DNA of 64,000 bases, taken from NCBI GenBank assembly GCA_038087875.1, contig CM075994.1, positions 8,186,001 through 8,250,000 of the forward strand, read 5' to 3'. Shown here piece after piece: positions 1-13,281 of this stretch. Within the stretch, counting starts at the first letter, position 1, and every line of letters starts with the position of its first letter. Source of the DNA: Malacoraja senta (lineage: Eukaryota). Both the position numbers and the translations under genes were made by a program. The notes below the pieces were generated by a model that had not been told where the DNA came from, made no database searches, and worked only from the letters and a program-made list of their open reading frames with translations.

Positions 1-494
1 GACGATGTCGTCCACTGGCCCGCGGCCGAACCTCCGAAGTCGGGTCGCCGCCGCCGGAACGCCGCCACAGCTCCGAGTCAGGTCGCCGCTGCCCCGAAGT
101 CAGCCAGCCTCGCGCTGGTAAGTCCTGGCTGGCTCTGCCTCCGGAGCCTCGAGGTCGGTCCCAGTTGGAGTCCGCCAGCTCCGCAATTAGGCCTCAGCGC
201 AGACGGAGACGGAGACCGAGGATACGACAAGAAAAAGTCGCATCCCCCCAAAGGAAGAGACTAAAACAAGTTTCTCCCCCCCACCCCACACATACACAAC
301 CCAATAACTAAAATCAACTAACCAAAACAGGACAAGAAAACATCAAAAAAAGAAAAAAAAGACGGACTGCAGGCGAGCCACAGCTGCTAAGGCAGCGCCG
401 CCCCTCCCAGTGATCACTGTGGTGGATGTTTATGTAAAGTTCTATCATTCTTTTAATTGTGGTGTGTTCTTTTAATTGTATGGCTGCATGGTAA

Positions 495-1005
495 AGGGCC
501 TGTCCCACCAGCATGCGATTGCACGCGTCTAGCGCGACCAAACGTGGTCGCTTGAGGCGTACGGCCGCGCGGGCCCGGGCCCACTTCCAAGCGCAGAGGC
601 GTATGGAGTTGTGCGGGGCTGGTCCCGACATCGCGCGGGGCTCCGAAAATCCTGCACTGTCCGAAAATTCCGCGCGCCAAAGGCGCATTGAGGGCGTACG
701 CAGCGTCTTGACGTCGTACGCAGGGTCTTGACGGCATATGCCTAGCGTGTGGCATTGCGCGATGACGTCACCGCCCGGCGTGCCGTTGCGTGATGACGTC
801 ACCGCCCGAAGCCATGCGACGTCCAAATTCAGTCTGCCCTCCTCCTGCCCAGCTGATTGGTGAGTATGACGTAAATTACGTCACGCGCGAACTTTGCGCG
901 TACTTACCGCATACTTAGCACGTACTTACCGCGAACTTAACGTGAAATCCACTTCCGTTTGGTTGCGCCAAACGCATGCAATCGCATGCTGGTGGGACAG
1001 GCCCT
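495..1005. mobile_element. PIF/Harbinger-type MITE
   Basis: ~28-bp TIR AGGGCCTGTCCCACCAGCATGCGATTGC with TAA duplicated on both sides. A short relative lies at ~51311-51420. Confidence 0.8.
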
Positions 1006-1345
1006 TAACTCAAATATCACTGTATCTTTGACATTTGCAGCAATGTTGCCATCATCCGACACTTTCTCCAGCTCCTGGCAGCAAGTGCTTCAACAGGAGG
1101 GGGAGGGTGAATTGGTATTGCAATTGGAAGTGCTGCAGGGGAAGTCCAATTGGAATTTTTTTGAAGTCCAGTGCTGGGGGAGGCAGGGGAGTGGTGGAAT
1201 CTTACATTGGGAATGGGTTGAGTTGGGGGACCACGCCTCCCATGGGGGCTATGGGTGAGTGGTGGAATAATGTGTTGGGGAACGGGTTGCGTTGGGAGAC
1301 CAGGCCTCCCATGTGACAGGGAGCCAACGGGTCCCTGTTGGTCTA

Positions 1346-1807
1346 TCTATCTATCTTCTATATACTTTTAAAACTCTCTGGCTGTCGTCCGTCTGTACGT
1401 CTGTACGTCTGTACGTCTGTACGTCCGTACGCCGCCTTTGATACCGCCCTTGGCCCACACGGCGCGCGGTTTAAAAAAAGCCAACTTGAACAAGATTTTT
1501 ACTGTTAAAATCCTTCCAGCCAGCTTCCCACAAACTTCGATACAAAGTTGCAATGCAGGAACTCTCTGCGCTTACACAAACTTTTCAACTGAATGGGATA
1601 TCACAGTCCTCCACCCGACATTTGCAACAATGTTGCCATCATACAACACTTACTCCAGCTCCATGAGGGGGGGGGGGGAATTGGTATTGCAATTGGGGAA
1701 GTGCAATTGGGATTTATTTTTAAGGTCCAGTGCTGGGGGAGGCAGGGACACGTTGGGGGACCATGCCTCCCGTGTGACAAGGACCCAACTGGTCCCAGTT
1801 GGTCTAG
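1346..1807 (+). mobile_element. Non-autonomous Helitron-like element, preceded by a tandem partial copy ending at ~1345
   Basis: TC start, subterminal hairpin and CTAG end followed by T. Its 5' part is homologous to 47374 onward. Confidence 0.6.
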
Positions 1808-1821
1808 TATATATATGTGTA

Positions 1822-1862
<41 letters not shown>

Positions 1863-2142
1863 TATATATGTATAGTATATATGTATGTATGTGTGTGTGT
1901 AAATATATATGTATGTATGTGTGTATGTATGTATGTATGTGTATATATATATTTGTGTGTGTATGTGTGTGTGTGTATATATATGTATGCATATATATAT
2001 ATGTATATATATGTGTGTGTGTAAATATGTATATGTATATATGTGTATGTGTATATATGTATATATGTGTGTATATGTGTACACATATACATATACATAT
2101 ACATATACACATACACATACACATATACATATACATATACAT

Positions 2143-2181
<39 letters not shown>

Positions 2182-2192
2182 TATATACATAT
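1808..2192. repeat. Compound (TA)n/(TG)n/(CA)n microsatellite
   Basis: Directly visible in the sequence. Confidence 0.95.
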
Positions 2193-2343
2193 AACTTTTC
2201 ATTTATTATATTGTTTACAGTATACTATGTTTACATATTCTGTTGAACTGCCGCAAGAAAGAATTTCATTGTTGTATGTGGGACTAATTTCAAAAGAACC
2301 CTCTTGCCCTTTTGACTAATGTTGTGCCATTCTGATTATCTAG

Positions 2344-2414
2344 TGCGATTCAGGACCGTTACCTTGGATCACGCAATGAAGGTTACCGGATGCAAGACCC
2401 CGCTGCAACTCATG
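2344..2414 (+). CDS. C4: C4-like gene 1, internal exon (MG2; equivalent of C4 exon 4): (V)RFRTVTLDHAMKVTGCKTPLQLM
   Basis: tctag acceptor and gttagt donor, phase 1 to 0. Resembles C4 VRYRVFALD / C3 VLYRIFTVNH. In frame with the next exon. Confidence 0.85.
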
Positions 2415-4341
2415 GTTAGTGGCTGCCTTTCCGTTCCACCAAGATGCTGCTCCAAGCCACTCTCATCCTCACCTGCCCCTCATCGATTACCGAAGATAGA
2501 CACAAAACGCTGGAGTAACTCAGCGGGACGGGCAGCATCTCTGGAGAGAAGGAATGGGCGACATTTCGGGTCGAGACCCTTCTTCAGATCTCATCGAGTT
2601 ACCCTTTCCTTCCCTTCAATTTCCAGTGCTCCCATTTTCCTCCCATATCCCAGTAGCGTCAAAACCTTCAGCTGTTTCAAAACATTGGTAACTTGGTGGG
2701 CGTACGGTGGCGCAACGGTAGAGTTGCTGTCCTACTGCGTTTATAGCTCCAGGGAACCAGGTTCGATCTCGACTTTGGGTGCTGTCTGTACGGAGTTTGT
2801 ACGTTCTCCCCGTGACCTGCGTGGGGTTTCTACGAGATCTTCGGTTTCATCCCACACTCCAAAGACCTGCAAGTTTGTAGGTTAATCGGCTTGGTATAGA
2901 AATATAGAAAAACATAGAAAATAGGTGCAGGAGTAGGCCATTGGGCCCTTCAAGCCAGCACTGCCATTCAATATGATCATGGCTGATCATTCACAATCAG
3001 TACCCCGTTCCTGCTTTCTCCACATATCCCATGATTCCGTTAGCCCTGAGAGCTAAATCTAACTCTCTCTTCAAAACATCCAGTGAATTGGCCTCCACTG
3101 CCTTCTGTGGCAGAGAATTCCACAGATTCACAACTCTCTGGGTGAAAAAGATTTTTTCCTCATCTCAGTCCTCGATGGGCTACCCCTTATTGTTAACCTG
3201 ATTTTTCAGGCAGAGATGGATAGATTCTTGATTAGTACGCGTGTCAGGGGTTAGGGGGAGAAGGCTGGAAAATAGGGTTGAGAGGAAAAGAATGATCAGC
3301 CATGATTGAATGGCAGAGTTGACTTGATGGGCTGAATGATCTAATTCTGCTCCTATCCCTTATGACCTTATGAGCCTTAGTCATAGAGTGATACAGCGTG
3401 GAAGCACGCCCTTCAGCCCAACTTGCCCACACCGGCCAACATGCCCAAGTTACACCTGCCTGCGTTTGGCCCATATCCCTCCAAACCTGTCCTTTCCATG
3501 TAGCTGACTGCTTCTTATACGTTGGGATGGTCCCTGTCTCAGTGTCAAAACATGTCAAAACATGCCAAAGGAGTGTCAAAACGTTCCTAACATAAGTAAG
3601 TAAGAGATAGTGGGCTACAAAGTAGCGCAGCCTCACAGCGCCAGAGACCCGGGTTCGATCGCGACCTCGGGTGCTGTCTGTATGTGTGTTGAGTACATAT
3701 GGTTTCCCTGTGACCGCGTGCGTTTTCTCCGGTTTCCTCCCACATCCCAAAGATGTGCAAGTTTGTAGGTTAATTGGCCCTCGATAAATTGCCCACTAGT
3801 TTAGGACTGGAGGAGAAAGTGTGATGAAATGGAACTAGTATGAACAGGTGATTGATGCTTGATGTGTAAGAAAGAACTTCAGATGCTGGTTTAACTCGTA
3901 GGTAGACACAAAATGCTGGAGTACCTCAGCGGGACAGGCAGCATCTCTAGATGAAGGAGCGGGCGATGTTTTGTGTCGAGACCAGCACCTCCATTCAATA
4001 TGATCATGGCTGATCATCCAGAATCAGTAACCCGTTCCTGCTTTCTCCCCATAATCCTTGATTCCGTTAGCCCTAAGATTCCGTTAACCCGTTACTAATC
4101 TCTGGAGAGAAGGACTGGGTGACGTTTTGGGTCGAGACCCATCTTCAGTCTGAAGAAGGGACTCAACCCAAAGCATTGCCCATTCCTCCTCTCCAGAGAT
4201 GCTACCTATCCTGCTGATTGACCTGGACACAGTGGGCCGAATGTAAATTGTCCCTTGGATAGTATTTAGTGTGCGGGGATCGGTGGTCGGCGGGGTTTCA
4301 GTGGGCCGAATGGCCTGTTTCCGACCTGGATCTCTGAACTC

Positions 4342-4657
4342 TAGGTAAGAAAATCATTTTTATAGCATTTATCCTACCTATTAAGGACATCGGAAGTGTT
4401 TTCCAAAATTTAATCAAATTATTTAATTTCTTAAGTAGGGGATTATAATTAGCTTTAAACATATCATGGTAATTTCTAGTAATCTCAATTCCTAAATATT
4501 TGAATTTTTCCATAGCTATTTTAAAAGGGAATTTCCTGAGATGTGTTGAGTCTTTTGGTTTAATCGACATAATTTCACTTTTGTTCCAATTTATTCTATA
4601 TCCTGAAAAGGATCCAAAGTCCTCAATTAAGTTTAATATATTTGGTATACTAATTTG
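4342..4657 (-). mobile_element. L1-clade LINE ORF2 fragment
   Basis: Translation KYLGIEI...NY.PLL...W..LP.SL.GRIN.IKM..LPR; AT-rich. Confidence 0.75.
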
Positions 4658-4759
4658 GATCTCTGAACTCTAAATTAAACTCTAAACTCACCAGGGAGAT
4701 ATTTTCTGCGCTCCTTTTAAACCCCTCTGCCTCATACGCTCCAAGGATAAAATACCTCA

Positions 4760-5448
4760 GGAGTGCAGGTGCGTGGTTCCTTGAAGGTCGAGTCGCAGGT
4801 AGATAAGGTGGTCAAAAAGGTCGCACATTGGCCTTCATCAGTCAGAGTATTGAGTATAGAAGTTGGGAGGTCATGTTGCAGTTGTATAAGACGTTGGTGA
4901 GGCCGCATTTAGAGTATTGTGTTCAGTTCTGGGCACCATGTTATAGGAAATATATTGTCAAGCTTGAAAGGGTTCAGAGAAGATTTACAAGGATGTTGCC
5001 AGGATTAGAGGGTGTGAGCTACAGGGAGAGGTTGAGTAGGCTGGGACTATTCCATGGAGAGTAGGAGGATGAGGGGTGATCATATAGAGGTGTACAAAAT
5101 CATGAGAGGAATAGATCGGGTAGATGCACAGAGTCTCTTGCCCAGAGTAAGGGAATCGAGGACCAGAGGACAAGGTGAAGGGGAAAAGATTTAACAGGAA
5201 TCTGAGGGGTAACGTTTTCACACAGAGGGTGGTGGGTGTATGGAACAAGCTGCCAAAGGAGGTAGTTGAGGCTGGGACTATCCCAACGTTTAAGAAACAG
5301 TTGGACAGGTACATGGATAGGACAGGTTTGGAGGGATGTGGACCAAGCGCAGGCAGGTGGGACTAGTGTAGCTGGGACATTGTTGGCCAGTGTGGGCGAG
5401 TTGGGCCGAAGGGCCTGTTTTGCACTGTATCACTCTGTGACTCTATGA
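4760..5448 (+). mobile_element. CR1/HER1 LINE 3' fragment (many more, e.g. 7400-7880 -, 17075-17582, 19335-20360, 21352-22195, 32480-32980, 33650-34285, 53135-53830, 55450-55840, 58845-59290)
   Basis: CR1 ORF2 C-terminal motifs LYKTLVRPHLEYCVQFW, VQRRFTR, TRGH..K and FF.QRVV..WN.LP. Confidence 0.9.
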
Positions 5449-5571
5449 CCCCAAAGCTATCCAGCATCTCCTTATAACTCATAGCCTTCAGATATGGACA
5501 CATGAATCCTTGCTGCATCCGTCCCAGCCGAATGTCGTCCCTCCTGAAGTTTGTTTCTTGTTCCGCTGCAG

Positions 5572-5660
5572 AAAGAATACGAGATGGTGATGGAAGTTGA
5601 GACTCAAGTGCACGGGTCAGACAATGTCTGCAGAGGCGTGATACAGCTTACACCATCAAT
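5572..5660 (+). CDS. C4: C4-like gene 1 exon (MG2): KEYEMVMEVETQVHGSDNVCRGVIQLTPS(M)
   Basis: ctgcag acceptor and gtgagt donor, phase 0 to 2. Joins the next exon as AT|G=Met. Position matches C3/C4 exon 5. Confidence 0.8.
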
Positions 5661-7256
5661 GTGAGTCTTCAATGTTTCCAACTGTGGCATCCGGTGGGGT
5701 GTTCGTAGAGTAGGCATACAGGCCCACTGAAACACACTTACTATCAAACTCACTTTAATAGGAAGCTGAGATTTAATAGGGACCTGAGGGGCAACTTTTT
5801 TCACATAAAGGGCGGATCGTACCCGGGTCTCCAGCGCTGCAAACGCTGTAAGGCAGCAACTCATCCACTTCGCCACCGTGGCCGTCCATAGGTTTAAGGT
5901 GAAGGGGGAAAAGATTGAATAGGAACCTGAGGGGCAACATCTTTGCACAGAGGGTGGTGGGTGTATGGAACAAGCTGCCAGAGGAGGTAGTAGAGGCTGG
6001 GGTTAGACAGGTCCATGGATAGGACAGGTTTGGAGGGATATGGACCAAGCGCAGGCAGGTGGGACTAATGTAGCTGGGATATGTTGGCCGGTGTGGGCAA
6101 GTTGGGCCGAAGGGCCTGTTTCCATGCTGTATCTTTCAATCAAACAAAATTAGCCGCTGGAAATATCCAGGCTTTATCTTTCTGGTTTATGACACGGACA
6201 ATACATTCGAAGATAGACACAAAAAGCAGGAGCAACTCAGCAGGACAGGCAGTATCTCTGGAGAGAAGGAATGGGTGACTTTTCAGGTCGAGACCCTTCT
6301 TCAGACTGAGAGTCAGGGGGAGGCAGACACAGTGATATGGGGAAGGTAAGGTGTGAGAACACAGATCAAAGGGGACGATGCTCATGGAAATGTGGAGGCG
6401 TTCATTATTAGCAATTTGATCTGCCTCTCTTAACAGAGCAAGGGTCTGTGTGTGAGTACAAGCAAAGGCAGCAAAAAGTTTTGTGGACAGACACTCAGTG
6501 GGACAGGCAGCGTCTCTGGAATAAAATGAATAGGTGACGTATCGGGTCGGGACCCTTTTTCTTTCGTCGCGCGCCAAATCCTGCGCCCCATCCAACTCAT
6601 GAGCCGATGATCGGCCATGAGAAGGAGGGGTGGTGGTGGTGTTGGCGGTAAGCGAAGGTCCGAAGGTCGGACAGCTGGCCGGGCTGCCGACCGACGGGGC
6701 CACGGGCTGCTGCTGCACTCCATGGGCTGCACTACGTCGGGACGGGTGAGGCGGGGCCGGACGCGGCGCTCCGACCCGACAGTCCCCTCGACCCGAGTAG
6801 TAGCAGTCAAATACGGGACAAGGGCGGTCCCGTACGGGACAAACCAATTTAGCCCAATATACACGATGTCCCGGCTAATACGGGACAGTTGGCAACACTA
6901 GTCGGGACCAACCTTCCGTGGGAGTGTATCTTTCGTGACCATCTTCCATGTTTCAAATGTTGCCGTCGCTGTGAATGGCAGGACTTGATCGGACTTTGCT
7001 GGCTTTATCTTGCACTAAACGTTATTCCCTTATCATGTGTCTGTACACTGTAAATGGCTCGATTGTAATCACGTATTGTCTTCCCGCTGACTGGTTAGCA
7101 CGCAACAAAAGCGTTTCACTGTACCTCGGTACACGTGACAATAAACTGAAACTGAAAAATGGAGACTCAATACATAAAGTTATATCAAAGGATTATAATT
7201 TGTCAATACACTTTGACTGTGTTGTGATTGGACTCAAATTTTCTTTTTGTTTCAAG

Positions 7257-7342
7257 GGTTGGAGACTATGAGATTCAGGCCGACTCCACACAGTTGTACT
7301 CGGAGTTCAACGGTCACAGGAAGTTCCGGGTCGAGGAACCAG
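7257..7342 (+). CDS. C4: C4-like gene 1 exon (end of MG2): VGDYEIQADSTQLYSEFNGHRKFRVEEP
   Basis: Polypyrimidine tract plus ttcaag acceptor, gtgagt donor, phase 2 to 1. Resembles the G-W-I-A...F-V-E-Y segment ending MG2 in C3/C4. Confidence 0.85.
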
Positions 7343-10300
7343 GTGAGTTCAGCTGCACACACCTTTATTTGTTCTTACCTGTGGCCCAGGTGAGCATTAA
7401 TAGACAATAGACAATAGGTGCAGGAGTAGGCCATTCGGACCTTCGAGCCAGCACCGCCATTCAATGTGATCATGACTGATCATCCCCAATCAGTACCCCA
7501 TTCCTGCCTTCTCCCCATATCCCCTGACTCCACTATCTTTAAGAGCTCTATCTAGCTCTCTCTTGAAAGTATCAAGAGAACCGGCCTCCACCGCCCTCTG
7601 AGGCAGAGAATTCCACAGACTCACAACTCTCTGTGAGAAAAAGTGTTTCCTCATCTCTGTTCTAAATGGCTTACCCCTTATTCTTAAACTGTGACCCCTG
7701 GTTCTGGACTCCCCCAACATCGGGAACATGTTTCCTGCCTCTAGCGTGTCCAAACCCTTAACAATCTTATACGTTTCTCTCATCCTTCTAAACTCCAGAG
7801 TATACAAGCACAGCCGCTCCATTCTCTCAGCATATGACAGTCCCGCCATCCCGGGAATTAACCTTGCACTCCCTCAATAGCAAGAATGTAGAGTCACAGT
7901 GTCAAAGAGTCATACAGTGTGGAAAGGGCCCTTCGACCCAACTTGCCCACGCCGGCCAACATGTTCCAGCTGCACTAGTCCCACCTGACTGTGTTAGGCC
8001 CATATCCCTCCAAACCTGTCTATCCATGTACCTGTCCATAGAGTCATACGGCGTGGAAACAGGCCCTTCGGCCCAACTTGCCCACGCTGACCAATATGCC
8101 CCATCTACACTTATCCCACTTATCAGGCAACTGAACCATCCTACCACAACCAGAGAGCAGTCCTGAACTGCTATCTACTTCATCGGACTATCCTTGATTG
8201 GCCTTTGCTGGCTTTACCTCACACGAAGCAATTTAGAACGTAGATGAGGAAAAACCTTTTCACACGGAGGGTTGTGAATCTGTGGAATTCTCTGCCTCAG
8301 AAGGCAGTGATGGCCAATTCTCTGGATGCTTTCAAGAGAGAGTTAGATAGAGCTCTTAAAGATAGCACAATCAAGGGGTATGGGGAAAAGGCAGGAACGG
8401 GGTACTGATTGTGGATGATCAGTCATGATCACAGTGAATGGCGGTGCTGGCTCGAAGGGCCGAATGGCCTACTCCTACAACTATTGTCTATGTAAATGGC
8501 TCAATTATAATCATATTGTCTTTCCACTGACTGGATAGCCGGCAACAAAAGCTTTTCACTGTACCTCGGTACAGATGACAATAAACTAACTGCCAGCTGC
8601 CCGCGCTTGGTCTGTATCCCGTTAAACTTTTCCTGTCCATGTACCTGCTCAGAAAGGTATAAAGTGATACAGTGTGGGAACAGGCCCTTCAGCCCAACCT
8701 GCCCACATCAGCCAACATGCGCCATCTACACTATTGCCATCTGCAAAGGGGAAGATACAGAGTGCAGAATCTAGTTCTCAGCATTGTAACGCACCAGTTT
8801 CAGAGACAAAGTCTGTCCTCAATGGAGGTAGAGGTGAATCAGACAGCACCCTAGCAGATTGTAGGACTGTACAGAAGCCTGATAATAGTGGGGAAGAAGC
8901 TGTTCCTAAGTCTGGTGGTGTGCGCTTTAAAGCTTCTGTACCTTCTGCTGGAAGGTAGCGGGGAGAAGAGGGAATGACCAGGGTGTGACGTCCTTGATTA
9001 TGTCGGCTGCTTTCCCGAGGCAGCGTGAAGTGTCGGAGTCGATGGTGGGGATTCTGGTCCGTGTAATGGACTAGGCTACAGCCACAACTCTCTTTGGGAT
9101 GAATTCCTTCCCACCCAAACCACCCGCTCCCCAGGTACCTTCCCCTGCAACCGCAGGAGATGCAACACCTGCCCCTATACCTCCTCCCTCGACTCTGTCC
9201 AGGGACCCCGACAATCCTTTCAGGTTAGGCAGAGGTTCACTTGCACCTCCTCCAACCTCATCTACTGTATTCGTTGTTCAAGATGCGGACTCTTATACAT
9301 CGGAGACCAAACGCAGACTGGACAATCGTTTCGCGGAACACCTTCGCTCAGCCCGCCTGAACCTACCTGATCTACCGGTTGCCGGACACTTTAATTCTCC
9401 TTCCCATTCCCACACTGACCTTTCTGTCCTCGGTCTCCTCCATTGTCAGAGTGAGGCTAAACGCAAATTAGAGGAACAGCATCTCATATTTTGCTTGGGC
9501 AGCTTACAGCCCAGTGGTATGAACATTGATTTCTCTCCCCCTGAGTTACTCCAGCATTTTGAATCTATCCACATTTCCTTCCTACACCGTTTCTGCACTG
9601 TATCTCCAAACTAAAGCTAACCTAAAGATACAATCGTGATGTTAAAGAGGCGTTTGCATCAGCACATGATATGCAGGGAATGGAGGGATGTGGATCGAGT
9701 GCAAGCAGAGGAGATGAGCCATCGTGTTTGGCACGCAGATTGTCAAGTCAAGTCAAGTCAAGTGAGTTTATTGTCATGTGTCCCTGGTAGGACAATGAAA
9801 TTCTTGCTTTGCTTGAGCACAACAGAACATAGTAGGCATTGACTACAAGGCATTCTATAAATATATACACAATGGTCAATATACTGATAAAGTGCAAATA
9901 ACAGTATTGGCTAATAAAGTTCAGTGTTATGTCCGAGCCAGGTTTAATAGCCTGATGGCTGTGGGGAAGTAGCTATTCCTGAACCTGGTCGTTGCAGTCT
10001 TCAGGCTCCTGTACCTGAAGGTAGTAGGGAGATGAGTGTGTGGGCAGGATGGTGTGGGTCCTTGATGATGCTGCCAGCCTTTTTGAGGCAGCGACTGTGG
10101 TAGATCCCCTCGATGGAAGGGAGGTCAGAGCCGATGATGGACTGGGCAGTGTTTACTACTTTTTGTAGTCTTTTCCTCTCCAGGGCACTCAAGTTGCCGA
10201 ACCAAGCCACGATGCAACCGGTGTGTGTGTGTGTGTGTGTGTGGGCGCATGCGCGGGGCCACCAAGGAATTAAGTTCATGTTCATTTATTGTCACATACA

Positions 10301-11478
10301 CTAGGGACATACACCAAGGGATTGTGGGCCAAAGCATGGGCGGAAATCCGGGGGTGACACGTCCCCTCCATGTTTCGCTTTGAGAGGGGGGGGACAATGC
10401 CCCCCCCCCCCCATGTTTTGTAATCCGGATTTTGAAATTCGGTGAAAATAATCTATTAAAATCTGCGTTTTCCACGAGACAGTGGGGGCGTCACTGTGAA
10501 ACGCTTGTTAAATGTCTCTATTAACATCGTATTAACACCATGTGTCACCAATTGTGTTTTGACCTTCAAGTATTACTGAAGGTATTCACAGAGAATTTCT
10601 TAAAGCTGTCTGATGCGGGTACAATTACCATTTGAACTAATTGGATGTATTGGTGGATGGGAAAGATTTAAACGGGTATCGGATTTAAACGGGTCAGGTG
10701 ATTAGGCTCCGGTCGAGCGGGTTTCCTGGCTGGCTTTCATCGCCCGGCGCGGCTTAAAATCAAACTGCTGCATCGAGGCGATCGAGGCTCCCGATGTTGA
10801 AGCCCCCTCCGGCCGATTTTAAGCTGCGCTGGGCGATGAAAGGCCTTGCGAACGGGCCGATTCAAGCCCCAGGATTCGGGGGCGGACGAAGCTGCTGTTG
10901 CTGGAGTTCGGAGTCGGTCACCAAGCAGGTCAGCTCCCGAAGGTAGACAAAAATGCTGGAGAAATTCAGCGGGTGATGGCAGCATCTATGGAGCGAAGGA
11001 ATAGGTGACGTTTCGGGTCGAGACCCTTCCTCAGATTAGGTCTGAGGAAGGGTATGAGGAAGGGTCTCGACCCGAATCGTCACCCATTCCTTCGCTCCTT
11101 AGATGCTGCCTCACCCGCTGAGTTTCTCCAGCATTTTTGTCTACCTTCAATTTTTCCAGCATCTGCAGTTCTTTCTTAAACAGGTCAGCTCCCGGTGTTT
11201 CCGTCCACAGGGCCCACGGCTGAAGCCTCCAAAGCCTTGTGTGTGTGTGTGTGTGTGTGTGTGGGCGCATGCGCGGAGCCACCGAGGAATTAAGTTCATA
11301 AGTTCATTTATTGTCACATACACTAGGGACATACACCAAGGAATTGTGTCCCCCCCCCCCCATGTTTTCATTGTGATTTCCGCCCGGAAGGGCCTGTTCC
11401 TGTGCTGTACTGTCCCATGTTCTAAGTTCCATGAGTTCCATCAACACTCTGACCCTCTTCCCTTTGTCCCTTTAGCAG

Positions 11479-11567
11479 GTGAGAAGGAGGAGGAGGTCCT
11501 ATCACAGATTGTCCACCTGACAAAGACGAGACGCTTCTTTATACCTGGATCACCTTTCCGAATCCAG
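11479..11567 (+). CDS. C4: C4-like gene 1 exon (start of MG4): GEKEEEVLSQIVHLTKTRRFFIPGSPFRIQ
   Basis: tttagcag tandem acceptor (start 11476 or 11479), gtatct donor, phase 1 to 0. Resembles C4 GEMEEAEL...LSKTKRHLVPGAPFLLQ. Confidence 0.9.
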
Positions 11568-12941
11568 GTATCTGTGAGATTATCGTGTTGAGATTATTAT
11601 ACTGTGTGGTTGGATGCAGGGTGGGGTGGGAGGTGGGGAGGTTCCTTGGTTCATCAGCCACACACGAGCACTACCGATTTTCCGGCACCCTTGGTTCCAG
11701 GGCCTTGCCGGATTATCCGCGTTGCCGGACCAACAGAGGTCCCGGCCTCCGAGAGGAGTCCAACGGCACCGGAATGTTCCGCCGGGGAGCCGAGGTATCG
11801 GCCCGCAAAGTCCGTCTTTGGAAGTCGGATATGGGAACGGATCTGCTGGCTCCAGCCGGGCCGGAGTTCCAGAGCTCCAGCCGCAGGGGTCAAATCCGAC
11901 CCGCTGAGCGGCCGCGGAAGTCCCGATGAGGTCGAGATCGGCCGCCTCACCCGGACTAGGGGCCACATTTTCGGGGGAACTTCCAGGGGGGATTTCAAGC
12001 GCACTCTCGTAATTTTGTCCGGATTAAAGGATTTGCCGGAACACCAGTTGCCGGAGAATGGGTGGTCGGCCTGTACATTCTCTGGAGCCTAGTTCCTCAG
12101 TGAACCTTACCGAATAGTGAAAGGCCTGGATAGAGTGGATGTGGAGAGGATGTTTCCACAAGTAGGAGAGTCTAGGACCAGAGAGCACAGCCTCAGAATT
12201 AAAGGACGTTCCGTTAGGAAGGAGATGAGGAGGAATTTCTTCAGTCAGAGGGTGGTGAATCTGTGGGATTCATTGCCACAGACGACTGTGGAGGCCAAAT
12301 CAGTGGATATTTTTAAGGCAGAGATAGATAGATTCTTGATTACTACGGGTGTCAGGGGTTATGGGGAGAAGGCTGGAGAATGGGGTTGGGAGGGAGAGAT
12401 AGATCAGCCATGATTGAATGGCGGAGTAGACTTGATGGGCCGAATGGCCTAATTCTGCTCCTATCACTGATGAACTAATGAACATAATAACTGCAAGCAT
12501 TAGCCTCCTTGAATCCAGGAGTGTTCCTGGTGAGTGAGGCCTAGCTTTCCAGTCGGCCTCGTAGGCCCGGCTTATCCACCTGCGTCATTCCCTGCGGCCG
12601 GGGCTTTGGAACTCCAGCCCGGCCGGACCCGGCAGATCTGTTCCCAAAGCCTTGACCTCCGAGGCCGATTTTGCGGGCCGGTATCTCGTAAATGATAGGA
12701 GGAGAATTAGGCCATTCGGCCCATTAAGTCTACTCTGCCATTCAATCATGGCTGATCTATCTCTCCCTCCTAACCCATTCTCCTGCCTTCTCCCCGTAAC
12801 CCCTGATACCCGTACTAATCAAGAATCTGTCTATCTCTGCCTTAAATATATCCATTGACAACCTTCACAGCCTAGTGTGGCAAAGAATCCCACAGATTCA
12901 CCACCCTCTTTGGTTGAAGATCGATCTTCAACTTCGACCTT

Positions 12942-13255
12942 AGGGCGGCACGGTGGGGCAGCGGTAGAGTTGCTGCCTCATGGCGCCAGAGACCCGGGTT
13001 CGATCCTGACTACGGGTGCTGTCTGTACGGAGTTTGTGCGTTCTCCCCGTGACCTGCGTGGGTTTTCTCCGAGATCTTTGGTTTCCTCCCACACTCCAAA
13101 TACGTGCAGGTATTCAGGCTAATTGGCTTTGGTGTAAATGTAAATGTCCCTAGTGTGTGTAGGGTAGTGTTAGTGTGCGGGGATCGCTGGTCGGTGCGGA
13201 CTCGGTGGGCCGAAGGGCCTGTTTCCACGCTGTATCTCGAAACTAAACTAAACTT
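12942..13255 (+). mobile_element. tRNA-derived HE1/V-SINE-type SINE (further copies e.g. 14073-14385 -, 23632-23945 +, 43325-43630 -, 44660-44985 -, 56570-56850 -)
   Basis: tRNA-like A box and B box (GGTTCGATCC), central V-domain-like core, 3' tail shared with the CR1/HER1 fragments, (CTAAA)n end. Confidence 0.85.
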
Positions 13256-13281
13256 TGCAATACCATGGGTTTATGTTACAG

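Noticed and set aside
1593..2319. Tyr/Ile/Val/His-rich ORFs (similar ones at 57398-58550)
   Set aside because: They are translations of dinucleotide microsatellites.
10571..10618. Possible MG3 exon (V)LLKVFTENFLKLSDA after ttcaag
   Set aside because: It has no VLP.F.V motif, and the sequence runs into a recognisable degenerate CR1 3' end.
12942..13020. tRNA-like sequence
   Set aside because: It is the head of a SINE repeated many times, not a tRNA gene.
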